From positions 1,767 to 65,766 of the forward strand of contig JBDRUH010000001.1 in assembly GCA_039801225.1 (NCBI GenBank): 64,000 nucleotides of DNA, given 5' to 3'. This DNA is from a candidate division WOR-3 bacterium. GTDB taxonomy: Bacteria; Hydrothermota; Tepidihabitantia; Tepidihabitantales; Tepidihabitantaceae. Numbering within the stretch: the stretch's first letter is position 1; each line of letters opens with the position of its first letter. The notes beneath the pieces are model-generated. The model did not search any database. It was not told where the DNA came from and saw nothing but the letters and a program-made list of their open reading frames with translations. Both the position numbers and the translations under genes were made by a program. This document shows positions 37,204-47,889 of this stretch, piece after piece.

Positions 37204-40200
37204 CGGACAATTGCCAGTTTAGCAAACCTTATTTCTTTTTTTGTTCCATTCTCTACCCGCAGCCTAATAATATAAACTCCCGGAGGTATTTTCTTTAAGT
37301 CCAAAGAGGTTTCATTATCGGCTAATGAAACCGCCTGCCCTTGAAACTCTTTTACAAGCGGTTTGCCGCTCATATCCAAGAGCATAAGCCACACCTTGTT
37401 GTTGCCCTCACCGAGATAATATCGGACATTAACATTGTCTCCTGCTGGATTGGGATAGAGATAAAATGAGTCTATCAGTTTGGGAGAAGAGGAAACCATA
37501 GGCGGGATATAAGGAAGTAAACCGGTATGGCAGGGGTCGTGATAGGCACAAGACCAGTCAGGTGAAACGGTTGCCCCGGGCATTTTCCAAACATAGAAAA
37601 CACCTTGGTCCGAACCAACCGCTATCTCCGATATTCCGTCCTGGTCAATGTCTGCGACCAGAGGAGTTGCGCTGACGGAAGCGGTTGCCATCAAAGGAAA
37701 GTAGGACAACATAGTGCCATTAGTTCCGTCAAAACCGAGGACACCATATTGGGGCGAACCGATGACAATATCCCTTACCCCATCGCCATTCAAATCTACC
37801 GGAATTGGTGAAGAACGATACTCAAACGGCACATCATAGGTGATTATCCAGTTACCGGCCAGTTCTTTTTTAACAAAAGTAGACTCGTGGAGAAAAGGGT
37901 AGTTGGTAACCAGAAGCGCGTTGCGATTGAAGGCAAATATTTTATGCCGAGAGGCTAAAAGGATGTCAAGGTAGCCATCATTATTCATATCACTTACCGA
38001 GACGGTCCCTTGAAAAGGATGCTCTATTAGTTCCCGGGATTCAAACACCACCCTTCCATCCTGCTCCACTATATAAAGCCGGTAGTTATGCTCGCCACCG
38101 GCAACCACCGCTATCTCTAAAACACTATCCCGGTCAAAATCACAAACCACCGGCTGCGCCTGAACATAAAATGGCGCATTACCCAAAACAATCGGGAAGT
38201 TATTAATTAGGCTGCCATCGGAATTTAATAGAAACAGCCGACTGTCACCCGAGAGCACCACAATCTTAGGCTGGATGGTATCGGTAACCGCCACCGGTGC
38301 CCTTATTTCCGAACCGATATAAACCGGAAAATTCCCAACCGCCTCCCCGGTTCCTTTCCAGGCATAAAGCCGCATATCGGTTGCACCAACGATAATATCT
38401 TTTAACCCGTCTCCATCAAGGTCACTAAGCACCGGGGGCGCCTTTATTCGGTCAACGGTCTTCATCATCGCCAATAATTGACCGGCACTGCTATAGACCC
38501 GCACACTTCGGTCATCGCCGGCAACGACAACTTCCAGCCCAGGACTAACCGCCACATCACCGATGGCAATGTCAACACCAATTGACGTTCCGGTATTAAT
38601 GAACCCGCCATTAGGATAACGGTAGCCCTGACCAAAAGGAAGCCAGGCGCTTACCTGACCGGCGCTGTCCGCGGTAACAATCTCTATCGTATCATCGCCG
38701 TCCAAGTCGCAAGCAAACGCACTAAGAAACCGCGACCCCCTACCCTGGTCAACCGGGAAACCCGGCTGGTTAAGTTCCCAGTTTACCTTTACCGGTATGA
38801 CCGTATCCTTAAGCCGGTCAAAAGTGTCTTTTACTCCTAATAGCTCTATCGCCAGGAATGTCTTACCACTATAGCCATCACTGTTCGGATTGGTCCGGGC
38901 ATTAAATTTGTCATTATAACCCTGCCGGGAAAAGGCATCAAATTTGTAACCATAAACTTCATATTGATAGTTGTATGTCTGCCAATAGGGAACATCAAAG
39001 TCCTGAATGCCGTCCGCCTCTTCCAGGTCAACCCCCTTGTGTGCCGGGTCAATATTAATCGCATTATAAGGAGCGTAATCGGCAATAACCTTTTCGTCAA
39101 TATGCCATATTAAAATACCGCTCCCGGGTTGAAAAAAGTCATACTCGTTGGACTCAACCCCGATTAACACGCCATCCTCAACATCAACAATTATTGTATC
39201 CGGCTTTCGCACATCGGTCTGCCGGTTTTCAATCAGGAAATACTCATTTTCATTTATGGGCACCTTCACCACTGTCGGATAGGCGCTATCCGGTCTAAGA
39301 CCGAAAGACCCGGTGTCCATCGCTGCGGCATAAATCAATATTGAATCCCTCGGCACCCGCACTTCTACCGGCTGAATAAAACCCAAACTCACCCGGTTAT
39401 AGGCATCAAGGAAACCAGGTATAACCCCTGGTGGCGCACCGGCACCATAATCTCCTAACCAGCCACCATAACCCATCAGACTCCAAGCACCGACACCCAT
39501 TGTTGCACCGGTCACATCGTATAAATCGTATGCACCCAGAAGATGGGCAAACTCATGGGCTAATGTCCCTGCTAAACCAACCATTCCGGCAAGATTGGTC
39601 TCCCCTTTCTCGGTCAAAGTGTCCTGGCGCATCATCTCCGGCAAAACCGTTGCCTGCTCAATTCTCGTCCTACCCTCATCCACCAAAATATAAGGCTCAC
39701 CCAGATAAGCCTCCATCGCACCCGGTGGAATCTCTCCGGCTAAAAGGTCATAAGGACTGTCCCATTTTCCATCAGCCGCATAATCGGACTGGAGACCACT
39801 GCCCGCATGAAAGATGATAAATTCATCATAATCACTAAACCGAATCGCTGTGTCCTCATCAGCCACCTTAAACGCATCCCGCATCAGCCGAACCAGTCCG
39901 AACTCTATCCCCTCATAGGAAACCGTATCGCCATAAAAGCGCATCTCCCGCGGCAACTGATAAGCCTCCTTTTCCCCTTCCGGCATCACCCGGAAGTCAA
40001 CATAAAGTTTACCCAGTGACTGTGCCCGATAGTAGTTTCTTAAACCCTCCATCAGCCTTTCAAAATACCGTTTGAAGTGGGGCGGGTCGTAAAAAAGACC
40101 GGAATCGGGCGAAAGGAAGCCAAAGGTGTCCATCTTACCATTTCCGGTAGTCAGCCTCGTAGTGTCTTCAACAAACTCCACCCGTAAACACAGCACCCTA

Positions 40201-40454
40201 ACGGTATCAACCTCGCCCATTTTTAATCTTTGAATTCGGGCGATGTCCTTCTCGGTTGGATGAAAACGAAATCGGGCAAAGGGCGAAGTTCCTCCTTGTT
40301 GGATGGTAACTGCCGGAATAAGCCTCTTGGTAAAATCTATCTCTTGGCTTTTTTTCTCCATTCGGGATTTGGCAAGGGTGACCCTATGCGCCTCAACCGA
40401 AACGGGCAAAAAAAACAGCCCCAATATTAAAAAAGTTATTGTATTATTCAACAC
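37200..40454 (-). CDS. T9SS-secreted M6-like (immune inhibitor A-type) zinc metallopeptidase with FG-GAP/VCBS repeats
   Basis: HEFAHLLGAYDLYD (HExxH...D resembling M6). FG-GAP-like DLDGDGLKDIIVG, DLNGDGVRDIVIG, DIDQDGISEIAVG. C-terminal sorting domain LYPNPAGDNVNV...GVYIIRLRVENG...LAIVR. The stop overlaps the start of the downstream cargo gene (ATGA). Confidence 0.75.
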   Translation of the reverse strand: MLNNTITFLILGLFFLPVSVEAHRVTLAKSRMEKKSQEIDFTKRLIPAVTIQQGGTSPFARFRFHPTEKDIARIQRLKMGEVDTVRVLCLRVEFVEDTTRLTTGNGKMDTFGFLSPDSGLFYDPPHFKRYFERLMEGLRNYYRAQSLGKLYVDFRVMPEGEKEAYQLPREMRFYGDTVSYEGIEFGLVRLMRDAFKVADEDTAIRFSDYDEFIIFHAGSGLQSDYAADGKWDSPYDLLAGEIPPGAMEAYLGEPYILVDEGRTRIEQATVLPEMMRQDTLTEKGETNLAGMVGLAGTLAHEFAHLLGAYDLYDVTGATMGVGAWSLMGYGGWLGDYGAGAPPGVIPGFLDAYNRVSLGFIQPVEVRVPRDSILIYAAAMDTGSFGLRPDSAYPTVVKVPINENEYFLIENRQTDVRKPDTIIVDVEDGVLIGVESNEYDFFQPGSGILIWHIDEKVIADYAPYNAINIDPAHKGVDLEEADGIQDFDVPYWQTYNYQYEVYGYKFDAFSRQGYNDKFNARTNPNSDGYSGKTFLAIELLGVKDTFDRLKDTVIPVKVNWELNQPGFPVDQGRGSRFLSAFACDLDGDDTIEIVTADSAGQVSAWLPFGQGYRYPNGGFINTGTSIGVDIAIGDVAVSPGLEVVVAGDDRSVRVYSSAGQLLAMMKTVDRIKAPPVLSDLDGDGLKDIIVGATDMRLYAWKGTGEAVGNFPVYIGSEIRAPVAVTDTIQPKIVVLSGDSRLFLLNSDGSLINNFPIVLGNAPFYVQAQPVVCDFDRDSVLEIAVVAGGEHNYRLYIVEQDGRVVFESRELIEHPFQGTVSVSDMNNDGYLDILLASRHKIFAFNRNALLVTNYPFLHESTFVKKELAGNWIITYDVPFEYRSSPIPVDLNGDGVRDIVIGSPQYGVLGFDGTNGTMLSYFPLMATASVSATPLVADIDQDGISEIAVGSDQGVFYVWKMPGATVSPDWSCAYHDPCHTGLLPYIPPMVSSSPKLIDSFYLYPNPAGDNVNVRYYLGEGNNKVWLMLLDMSGKPLVKEFQGQAVSLADNETSLDLKKIPPGVYIIRLRVENGTKKEIRFAKLAIVR

Positions 40455-40532
40455 TTCTCACCTTTCTTTCAACATTTTGAATCTTACTCAAAAAAACAAA
40501 GAGGGCAAACTCCGGGCTTACTTACAGGAAAG

Positions 40533-40621
40533 CGGAGAGAGAGGGATTCGAACCCCCGATACCCTTGAAAGGGTATACGTGATTTCGAGTCACGCGCCTT
40601 CGTCCACTCGGCCATCTCTCC
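40533..40621 (-). tRNA. tRNA-Ser (anticodon CGA)
   Basis: Manual fold: acceptor GGAGAGA/TCTCTCC, anticodon stem CGTGA/TCACG with loop CTCGAAA, long variable arm, T-loop TTCGAAT. 89 nt. Confidence 0.8.
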
Positions 40622-40630
40622 AATGCTCTT

Positions 40631-41104
40631 TCAACCCTTGCGCCCTGCCGCCTCTTCCCGCTTCTCGCTGAAGAACCTTCTCAATAGTTCTGCCGACTCC
40701 GCTGCCAAGACATCACCGTTAACCTGCAACCGGTGATTGAAGCGGTTGTCCTGAGCAATGTTGTATTGCGAACCCAAACAGCCAAACTTAGGGTCTCTGG
40801 CACCAAACACCACCCTATCTACTCGGGAAAGGATGAGCGCGCCGGTGCACATTAAACAGGGTTCCAGGGTAACATACACCGTTACCCCGCTCAATCGCCA
40901 GTTATTCAAAGTTGTTGCGGCAGCGGTTAGTGCCAGTATTTCGGCATGGGCGGTTGGGTCCTTCAGCGCCTCAACCCGGTTGTGTCCCCGTCCGATTACA
41001 CTGCCATTTTTGACAATTACACAGCCAACCGGCACCTCATTCTCCACGAGTGCCGCCTCCGCTTCACTCAGTGCCAGCCGCATCCACTTCTCGTCTTCAC
41101 TCAC
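40631..41104 (-). CDS. tadA: tRNA adenosine(34) deaminase
   Basis: HAEILAL...TLEPCLMCTGALILSRVDRVVFGARDPKFG (CMP/dCMP deaminase zinc motif H.E...PC..C). Confidence 0.85.
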   Translation of the reverse strand: MSEDEKWMRLALSEAEAALVENEVPVGCVIVKNGSVIGRGHNRVEALKDPTAHAEILALTAAATTLNNWRLSGVTVYVTLEPCLMCTGALILSRVDRVVFGARDPKFGCLGSQYNIAQDNRFNHRLQVNGDVLAAESAELLRRFFSEKREEAAGRKG

Positions 41105-41128
41105 CTATACCTTTACCTCTAATTTTAA

Positions 41129-41202
41129 CGCGCCCGGCGCGACTCGAACGCGCAACCTACGGATTCGTAGTCCGGCACTCTATCCAATTGAGCTACGGGC
41201 GC
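41129..41202 (-). tRNA. tRNA-Arg (anticodon ACG)
   Basis: Manual fold closely parallels E. coli tRNA-Arg(ACG): GCTCAATTGGATAGAGT D-arm, anticodon loop CTACGAA, T-arm GCGCG-TTCGAGT-CGCGC. 74 nt. Confidence 0.85.
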
Positions 41203-41249
41203 TTCATCAATTTTATTTTACGGCGATGCCTTAAAAAGTCAAACCCAAT

Positions 41250-42725
41250 TTACTTTTCGCAAACGGTATTGGGTGGCAGTTCGTAGTTTGGTGCCTCTTT
41301 GATTATTGTGATACTGTGGGGATGGCTCTCCCGCAAACCGGCATTGGTAATCCGGACAAACTCGGCATTTTTCTGAAATTCGGCAATCGTCCGGCAGCCA
41401 CAAAAACCCATTGCTGCCCGAATCCCGCCCTCAAGTTGGAAAAGGACATCTTTAACGCTACCGCGATAAGGCACCCTGCCGACAATCCCTTGGGGCACAA
41501 GTTCTGCTCCACTTTCCTGAAAATACCGGTCCCAGGAACCTTTTCGCATCGCATCTATTGAGCCCATTCCCCGGTAAACCTTATACCGTCTTCCCTCAAG
41601 AAGCACATCCTCTCCTGGACTCTCATCAGTTCCTGCCAGCAGGTTGCCCATCATTACCGAACTGGCGCCAGCGGCGAGCGCCTTGGCGATATCGCCCGAA
41701 TACCTAATTCCACCGTCGGCAATCACTGGGATATTGAACCTCTTCGCCACGCTCACACACTCCATAATCGCAGTTAACTGCGGGACACCAACACCGGCAA
41801 CCACCCGGGTGGTGCAAATTGAACCAGGTCCAATACCAACTTTCACTGCGGAAACCCCTATCCTTGCCAGCGCCATTGTCCCTTCCGCGGTAGCAACATT
41901 CCCCACAACAAGTTCCAAATCCGGATAACGCCGTCGCAGAGCCTTTGCGGTATCAATTACTCTACTGGAATGACCGTGGGCGGTATCTATGACAATCGCA
42001 TCAACTTCAGCTTCAATAAGCGCCTCTGCCCTCTTTAGCGCCTCCTTACCAACACCAATCGCCGCCGCCACCATTAAACGGCGCTTGCCATCAACAGTGG
42101 CAAATGGATACTCAACCCTTTTGATGATGTCCTTAGCGGTAATAAGCCCCTTGAGCCTGCCGGCACCATCAACTATTGGCAACTTTTCAATCCGGTGCTT
42201 TTTTAAAATCTTGCGCGCCTGTTCAAGGGTGGTCCCTACCCGGGCGGTGATCAACCCCTTTGCCGTCATCACCGCCTGCACCGGCTTACTCTCTTCATCC
42301 TCAAAAAGCAGGTCGCGGCGGGTAACGATACCCAACAACTTACCCTTTTCATCCACCACCGGTAGTCCGGAAATGTTGTGCTGAGCCAAAAGGGTGCGCG
42401 CCTCTTCAACTGTCCTCTCCGGTGTAATACTCACCGGGTCAGTAATCATTGAACTCTCTGCCCGCTTAACCTTTGCCACCTCGGTCGCCTGGAACTCAAT
42501 GGTGCAATTCTTATGAATTACTCCAATGCCACCCGCTCGTGCCATCGCAATCGCCATTTTTGCCTCAGTAACCGTATCCATCGCCGCACTCACTAACGGC
42601 AGGTGCAGTTTTATCTTCCGAGTGAATCGGCTCTCAGTTAAAACCTCAGCCGGAAGGACCTTTGACTCCATAGGGACAAGAAGGACATCGTCAAAAGTTA
42701 ATGCCTCTTTCATCATTATCCTCAA
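41250..42725 (-). CDS. guaB: IMP dehydrogenase
   Basis: Two CBS domains, catalytic loop [37 protein letters not shown]. Confidence 0.9.
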   Translation of the reverse strand: MRIMMKEALTFDDVLLVPMESKVLPAEVLTESRFTRKIKLHLPLVSAAMDTVTEAKMAIAMARAGGIGVIHKNCTIEFQATEVAKVKRAESSMITDPVSITPERTVEEARTLLAQHNISGLPVVDEKGKLLGIVTRRDLLFEDEESKPVQAVMTAKGLITARVGTTLEQARKILKKHRIEKLPIVDGAGRLKGLITAKDIIKRVEYPFATVDGKRRLMVAAAIGVGKEALKRAEALIEAEVDAIVIDTAHGHSSRVIDTAKALRRRYPDLELVVGNVATAEGTMALARIGVSAVKVGIGPGSICTTRVVAGVGVPQLTAIMECVSVAKRFNIPVIADGGIRYSGDIAKALAAGASSVMMGNLLAGTDESPGEDVLLEGRRYKVYRGMGSIDAMRKGSWDRYFQESGAELVPQGIVGRVPYRGSVKDVLFQLEGGIRAAMGFCGCRTIAEFQKNAEFVRITNAGLRESHPHSITIIKEAPNYELPPNTVCEK

Positions 42726-43429
42726 AACTTCTTTTTTAAACTCTGAATATAAGTCAAAAAGAACTTCACCTCTTCGGCTTTGTCGGCAGCTGGTCTCCCC
42801 TTTTTCAGATACCGCTCATAAACCCTCTCTGCTTTGGCTAAATCTCCTGCCTTACGATAACATCTCCCGGCGCCAAGGAGCGCCTCAAAACCCAAAGTTG
42901 ATTGAAAATACCTTTGATTAACCCGCTCATACACCTTTGCCGCCTTGAGGTAATTCCCTTGCTGCTCCTCACAGATGGCGATGGCTAACATCGCCGCAGG
43001 AATTAAGACCGGGTCCTTTTTCGCCTTCTTTAAAAAAATCTGAAACTCTCTCTTTGCCTCATCAAGCCGGGGTGGCTGGGAACGGGAATAGAGAACACCT
43101 AAATAGTAATGTGCCTTAATTCCGGCATATTCTTTACCAAACCTCCCTGTAAGGTCCTTCAACGCCCGCTCAGCATAATCATGGTTACCCTGAAACAGAT
43201 TCCCTATCGCATCCATTAACCGCAACTCCACCTCAGGATTTTTTACCGGCCGGGGCCGATTATGCAGGAAAAGTATTCCACCGATGATTACCAAAAGCCC
43301 AACTACTACCCCGGTCCAAAACCTTTTTGGGTTGGCATAATAAAACGCCGCCACCCGCTCAACCATCTCTTGAAACTTATCCTCTTTCAGTTCCTCTTTA
43401 CTCACCCGATGCTTTACCTTCACAATCAC
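42722..43429 (-). CDS. Membrane-anchored tetratricopeptide repeat protein
   Basis: N-terminal TM (FWTGVVVGLLVIIGGILFL) followed by TPR-like helical repeats. Overlaps guaB by 4 nt. Confidence 0.65.
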   Translation of the reverse strand: MIVKVKHRVSKEELKEDKFQEMVERVAAFYYANPKRFWTGVVVGLLVIIGGILFLHNRPRPVKNPEVELRLMDAIGNLFQGNHDYAERALKDLTGRFGKEYAGIKAHYYLGVLYSRSQPPRLDEAKREFQIFLKKAKKDPVLIPAAMLAIAICEEQQGNYLKAAKVYERVNQRYFQSTLGFEALLGAGRCYRKAGDLAKAERVYERYLKKGRPAADKAEEVKFFLTYIQSLKKKF

Positions 43430-43445
43430 TCCATTTTTAACGCTC

Positions 43446-43519
43446 TACCCCTGGCCCGATTCGAACGGGCGACCTGCGGTTTAGGAAACCGCCGCTCTAT
43501 CCTCCTGAGCTACAGGGGT
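43446..43519 (-). tRNA. tRNA-Arg (anticodon CCU)
   Basis: Manual fold: acceptor ACCCCTG/CAGGGGT (A1-U72), D-stem GCTC/GAGC, anticodon stem GCGGT/ACCGC with loop TTCCTAA, T-arm GCCCG-TTCGAAT-CGGGC, discriminator A. 74 nt. Confidence 0.7.
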
Positions 43520-44162
43520 TCACATCTCATTATAAACGCTTCTCATCAACTGTCAAAAGGGTGTATAAGTCAAATCCCTGGGCGACATTTTGGTTTTCTC
43601 CAACAAGAGATATACCAATGGGCTCTTAGGTTTAAATTTCCGGGAAAAATTCCGAAGGTAACAAAAGGGATAATTGGCGGGGTTAAGATGAGGGTAATCC
43701 TGATGGTGAAATAGAGGATTTCCGCCAAGATTACTTAGCCAGTTATGGGCGTAATCAATTTCCGAGCGACTCAAGAAATTACCGCCCAAATTATTTGGGA
43801 GATAGTCTGAAGAATTATGAACGAAGCGATTTTTAGGATTACTTAGTTAGATGGCAATTTAACAGTTCATCTCGGGGGCTACCTGGGGGCTGGGGTCTAA
43901 AATTTTGTGCCATCACTATAACATTTTGAAGATCAAGGCGATATTCAATAAAAACCCTTTTATAATTTTCTACCTATAGGTAGAATTTTTTGCAGGGCAA
44001 ATTGCAGCCTTTTCCCAATACTTCACCCTGAGTTCTAATAGCCTTTTTAATTAAAAGGCTTGCCTTGAGGGTAGCCGAAAGGATGAGCCGATGGAGAGGT
44101 CAATCGGTATTGAACCTGAAATATAGAATCGCTATTCGGAAAAATGAGGTCTAAATTATTGA

Positions 44163-44729
44163 TTGAATATGAGTAATGAAAAAAAAGGACCCGTGCGACA
44201 GATGGTAGAGCATCTGATGGAGTTAGAGGCTAACGCCCAGAGTTTGAAGAACGAATACCTTCGTTTACTCGCGGATTTTGATAATTTCCGAAAACGGATA
44301 GAAAGGGATATGGAAATCAGACAGGAGGCGGAAGTGGCGAAATTGATGGCTGACCTTCTGCCGGTATTGGACAACTTTGGGCGAGCGCTTAGCGCAACGG
44401 CTCAATTACCCCAAGAAACGGCAAGGAATTGCCCAAATGCGGAGAGCAAAGAAAGGGGTGTAGAGAACGGAATTATGAAGGGTATTGATATGATATATAA
44501 AGAGTTATGCGCGGTATTGGCAAAACACGGGCTGAAAGAGTTCAGTTGCCTTGGTGAGGAGTTTGACCCGAGGGTGGCTGAGGCGATAAGTTTTGTTGAG
44601 AAAGATAAAGAATCTGAAAACCGGGTGGTTGAGGAGTTGTGTCGGGGTTATGAGTATCGGGGAAGGGTTTTGAGACCGGCACGGGTTGTTGTGGCAAAAA
44701 CAATTAATTCAGGAAAAGAAAAAGTTTAA
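44163..44729 (+). CDS. grpE: Nucleotide exchange factor GrpE
   Basis: LKNEYLRLLADFDNFRKRIERD and the C-terminal RGYEYRGRVLRPARV. Confidence 0.85.
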   Translation: MNMSNEKKGPVRQMVEHLMELEANAQSLKNEYLRLLADFDNFRKRIERDMEIRQEAEVAKLMADLLPVLDNFGRALSATAQLPQETARNCPNAESKERGVENGIMKGIDMIYKELCAVLAKHGLKEFSCLGEEFDPRVAEAISFVEKDKESENRVVEELCRGYEYRGRVLRPARVVVAKTINSGKEKV

Positions 44730-44751
44730 ACTTTGAAAATGGAGGTGGATT

Positions 44752-46641
44752 ATGAGTAAAGTTATTGGTATTGACCTTGGAACAACATTCTCCTGTGTTG
44801 CGGTTATGGAGCGGGGGCAGCCAGTGGTTATCCCCAATCCCGAAGGTGGTAGAACAACACCTTCAGTTGTCGCAATAGGGAAGGAGCGACTGGTAGGAAC
44901 TCTTGCCAAACGCCAGGCGGTAATTAACCCGATGTCAACCGTTTACTCAATCAAGCGGTTTATGGGTAGGCGGTATGCCGAAGTTACCGAGGAGATTAAG
45001 CGGGTGCCTTTCCGGGTAGTAGAAGCGGCAAATGGCGATGCCTGGGTTGAGGTTGATGGCAAAAGGTTCTCACCACCTGAGATATCGGCGATGATTCTCT
45101 CCTACCTGAAGAAGGCGGCTGAATCCTACCTCGGTGAGGCGGTAACCAAGGCGGTTATTACCGTTCCGGCCTATTTCAACGACTCCCAGCGCCAGGCGAC
45201 AAAGGATGCCGGGAAAATAGCCGGGCTGGATGTTTTAAGAATCATCAATGAGCCAACCGCAGCCTCACTGGCTTATGGTTTGGACAAAAAGCGCTCCGAG
45301 CGGATTGCTGTTTACGATTTGGGTGGCGGAACTTTTGACATCTCAATCCTGGAGATCGGTGAGGGGGTTTTTGAGGTGCGTTCTACGAATGGCGACACCC
45401 ACCTTGGTGGTGATGACATTGACCAGCGGATAATGGACTGGATTATTGAGGAGTTCCGCCGCGAGCACGGCATTGACCTGTCCAAGGACAAAACCGCTTT
45501 ACAGCGGATAAAGGAGGCGGCAGAAAAGGCGAAGTGTGAGCTTTCCACATCTCTGGAGACAACAATCAGCCTGCCATTTATCTGCGCCGATGAGAAAAAA
45601 GGTCCCTTGCACATTGATTATCGTCTGACCCGGGCAAAACTTGAATCACTGGTTGAAGACCTTCTCCAGAGAACTCTGGGACCGGTAAGACAGGCGTTAG
45701 AGGATGCCAAGATTACCCCGCGAGACATTGACGAGGTAATTTTAGTTGGCGGACAGACAAGGATGCCCAGAGTTCAGCAACTGGTGCGGGATTTCTTTGG
45801 CAGGGAGCCTCACAAGGGAATCAATCCGGATGAGGTGGTGGCGATTGGCGCGGCGATCCAGGGCGCGGTATTAGCCGGTGAAGTCAAGGATGTCGTGCTC
45901 TTAGATGTAACTCCACTTTCTTTGGGAATTGAGACCGCCGGGGGGGTATTCACCAAGATAATTGAGCGGAATACGACAATTCCGACCCGGAAGAGCCAGA
46001 TATTTACCACCGTTGAAGACAACCAGACTACGGTGCGCGTCCATGTCCTTCAAGGCGAACGGGAAATGGCCGCAGATAACCGAACATTGGGAATGTTTGA
46101 CCTGGTGGGAATAACTCCAGCCCCGAGGGGAATTCCTCAGATTGAGGTAACTTTTGATATTGATGCCGACGGTATCCTCCATGTTACCGCAAAGGATAAG
46201 CTCACCGGCAAAGAGCAGAGTATCAGAATTACCGCCTCCTCCGGATTGACCAAGGAGGAGATAGACCGGATGATCAGCGACGCCCAGGCGCATGCGGCTG
46301 AAGACCGGCGTCGTCGGGAAATTATTGACAGCCGGAACCGGGCCGATACAATCATATACCAAACGGAAAAGAGCCTCAAAGATTTAGGCGACAAAGTAAC
46401 CGCTGAGGAACGTCGGCAGATTGAAGCGGCAATCGCCCGCCTTAAGGAAGTGATGAAAGGAGATAATAAGCCGGCGATTGACTCGGCGGCTGAGGAGGTT
46501 CAACGATTAATGAGCAGTATGGGAGAGAGGCTCTATAAAGAGACCGCTACCGGTGGCAAAGAGACCGGGAAGACAAAGGGCGATTCAGAGAAAAAGGTTG
46601 AGGCGGATTATACGGTAATTGATGAAGATGAGAAAAAGTAG
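44752..46641 (+). CDS. dnaK: Molecular chaperone DnaK (Hsp70)
   Basis: [37 protein letters not shown]. Length 629 aa. Confidence 0.95.
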   Translation: MSKVIGIDLGTTFSCVAVMERGQPVVIPNPEGGRTTPSVVAIGKERLVGTLAKRQAVINPMSTVYSIKRFMGRRYAEVTEEIKRVPFRVVEAANGDAWVEVDGKRFSPPEISAMILSYLKKAAESYLGEAVTKAVITVPAYFNDSQRQATKDAGKIAGLDVLRIINEPTAASLAYGLDKKRSERIAVYDLGGGTFDISILEIGEGVFEVRSTNGDTHLGGDDIDQRIMDWIIEEFRREHGIDLSKDKTALQRIKEAAEKAKCELSTSLETTISLPFICADEKKGPLHIDYRLTRAKLESLVEDLLQRTLGPVRQALEDAKITPRDIDEVILVGGQTRMPRVQQLVRDFFGREPHKGINPDEVVAIGAAIQGAVLAGEVKDVVLLDVTPLSLGIETAGGVFTKIIERNTTIPTRKSQIFTTVEDNQTTVRVHVLQGEREMAADNRTLGMFDLVGITPAPRGIPQIEVTFDIDADGILHVTAKDKLTGKEQSIRITASSGLTKEEIDRMISDAQAHAAEDRRRREIIDSRNRADTIIYQTEKSLKDLGDKVTAEERRQIEAAIARLKEVMKGDNKPAIDSAAEEVQRLMSSMGERLYKETATGGKETGKTKGDSEKKVEADYTVIDEDEKK

Positions 46642-46743
46642 GTTTAGTTAAAGGAGGTGAATTTTTCGCCGAGGCACTGGTAATGGTTCATATACGGTAT
46701 TAGACCGGAGGTTATAGAACCATTAGCCTTTAGTTTGTAAGGA

Positions 46744-47883
46744 ATGCCGACAACAAAACGGGACTATTATGAGGTTTTGGGAGTTTCACGGAACGCTACG
46801 CCAGAAGAGATAAAATCGGCATACCGTCGTCTGGCAAAAGAGTATCATCCCGACCGAAATCCCAATAACCGCCTTGAGGCAGAGGAAAAGTTCAAAGAAC
46901 TGTCCGAGGCTTACGAAGTCCTCGCCGACCCTGAGAAACGCCGGCTTTATGATGCTTATGGGCATGAAGGTGTTTCCACCCAGTTCGGACCCGGAGGGTT
47001 TGATTTCCGGCGTCACTTCACCCATGAAGAGGACCTGGCGGATATCTTCAGTGACCTTTTCCGGGGATTCGGCACCGGCGGAGGAACAGGGAGTATATTT
47101 GACCTTCTGTTCGGAACGGAAACAGCCCGAACCACCCGAACAGCCCGCGGGCGGAATATTGTTATCCGTCTCCGTTTAAATCTGGAGGAAATCGCCAATG
47201 GTGCCAATAAGGAAATCAAATTCTCCCGGTATGAAGTGTGCCCTGAGTGCCAGGGGGTAGGCGGCAGTGGCAGGACTATCTGCCCCACCTGTCATGGGCA
47301 GGGACGTATAAAACGGCAGACCAGTTCCTTCTTCGGTCAGTTTGTTCAAGTCTCCACCTGTCCTGATTGTGGCGGGAGCGGTGAAAGGGTGCGGAACCAG
47401 TGCCGAAGATGCGATGGAACCGGTAGAGTAAAAGAAAGTCGGACTCTGAAGGTGAAAATTCCTGCCGGGGTATCTTCGGAAACTCCGATTGTCCTGAATA
47501 ACGAAGGTCACTGGGGACCGAGCGGTCCCGGCGATGTGATTATTCAAGTGGAGGAAAAGGAACATCCACTATTCATCCGCCAGGGGGATGATGTGATAGT
47601 AGAGGTGCCCGTGTCAATAGCCACCGCGGTTTTAGGCGGAAGGGTAAAAGTGCCAACTCTCAGCGGGGTGAAGGAGATTGACCTACCGGCCGGAACCGCT
47701 TCCGGAACTGTCTTACGGCTCCGTGGAGCAGGAATAAAGCGTCTCGGAGGAGGTGTTGGTGACGAACTGGTGCGAATTGTAATTCACATTCCCAAACATC
47801 TTACCCGTGAGGAAAAGGCGCTTTATCGTCAACTAAGTGAGATTCAGTCCGAAGCGGTGCCCGAGCCGAGAAAACCAAAATAG
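46744..47883 (+). CDS. dnaJ: Molecular chaperone DnaJ
   Basis: J-domain HPDRNP. Gly-rich linker. Four CxxCxGxG zinc-finger repeats ([33 protein letters not shown]). Confidence 0.9.
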   Translation: MPTTKRDYYEVLGVSRNATPEEIKSAYRRLAKEYHPDRNPNNRLEAEEKFKELSEAYEVLADPEKRRLYDAYGHEGVSTQFGPGGFDFRRHFTHEEDLADIFSDLFRGFGTGGGTGSIFDLLFGTETARTTRTARGRNIVIRLRLNLEEIANGANKEIKFSRYEVCPECQGVGGSGRTICPTCHGQGRIKRQTSSFFGQFVQVSTCPDCGGSGERVRNQCRRCDGTGRVKESRTLKVKIPAGVSSETPIVLNNEGHWGPSGPGDVIIQVEEKEHPLFIRQGDDVIVEVPVSIATAVLGGRVKVPTLSGVKEIDLPAGTASGTVLRLRGAGIKRLGGGVGDELVRIVIHIPKHLTREEKALYRQLSEIQSEAVPEPRKPK

Positions 47884-47889
47884 TAATAA

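Noticed and set aside
43262-43789. ORFs 43262..43714 (+) and 43553..43789 (-)
   Set aside because: The first runs antisense through the TPR gene and across a tRNA gene, the second lies in the grpE leader. Neither has an RBS or recognisable domains.
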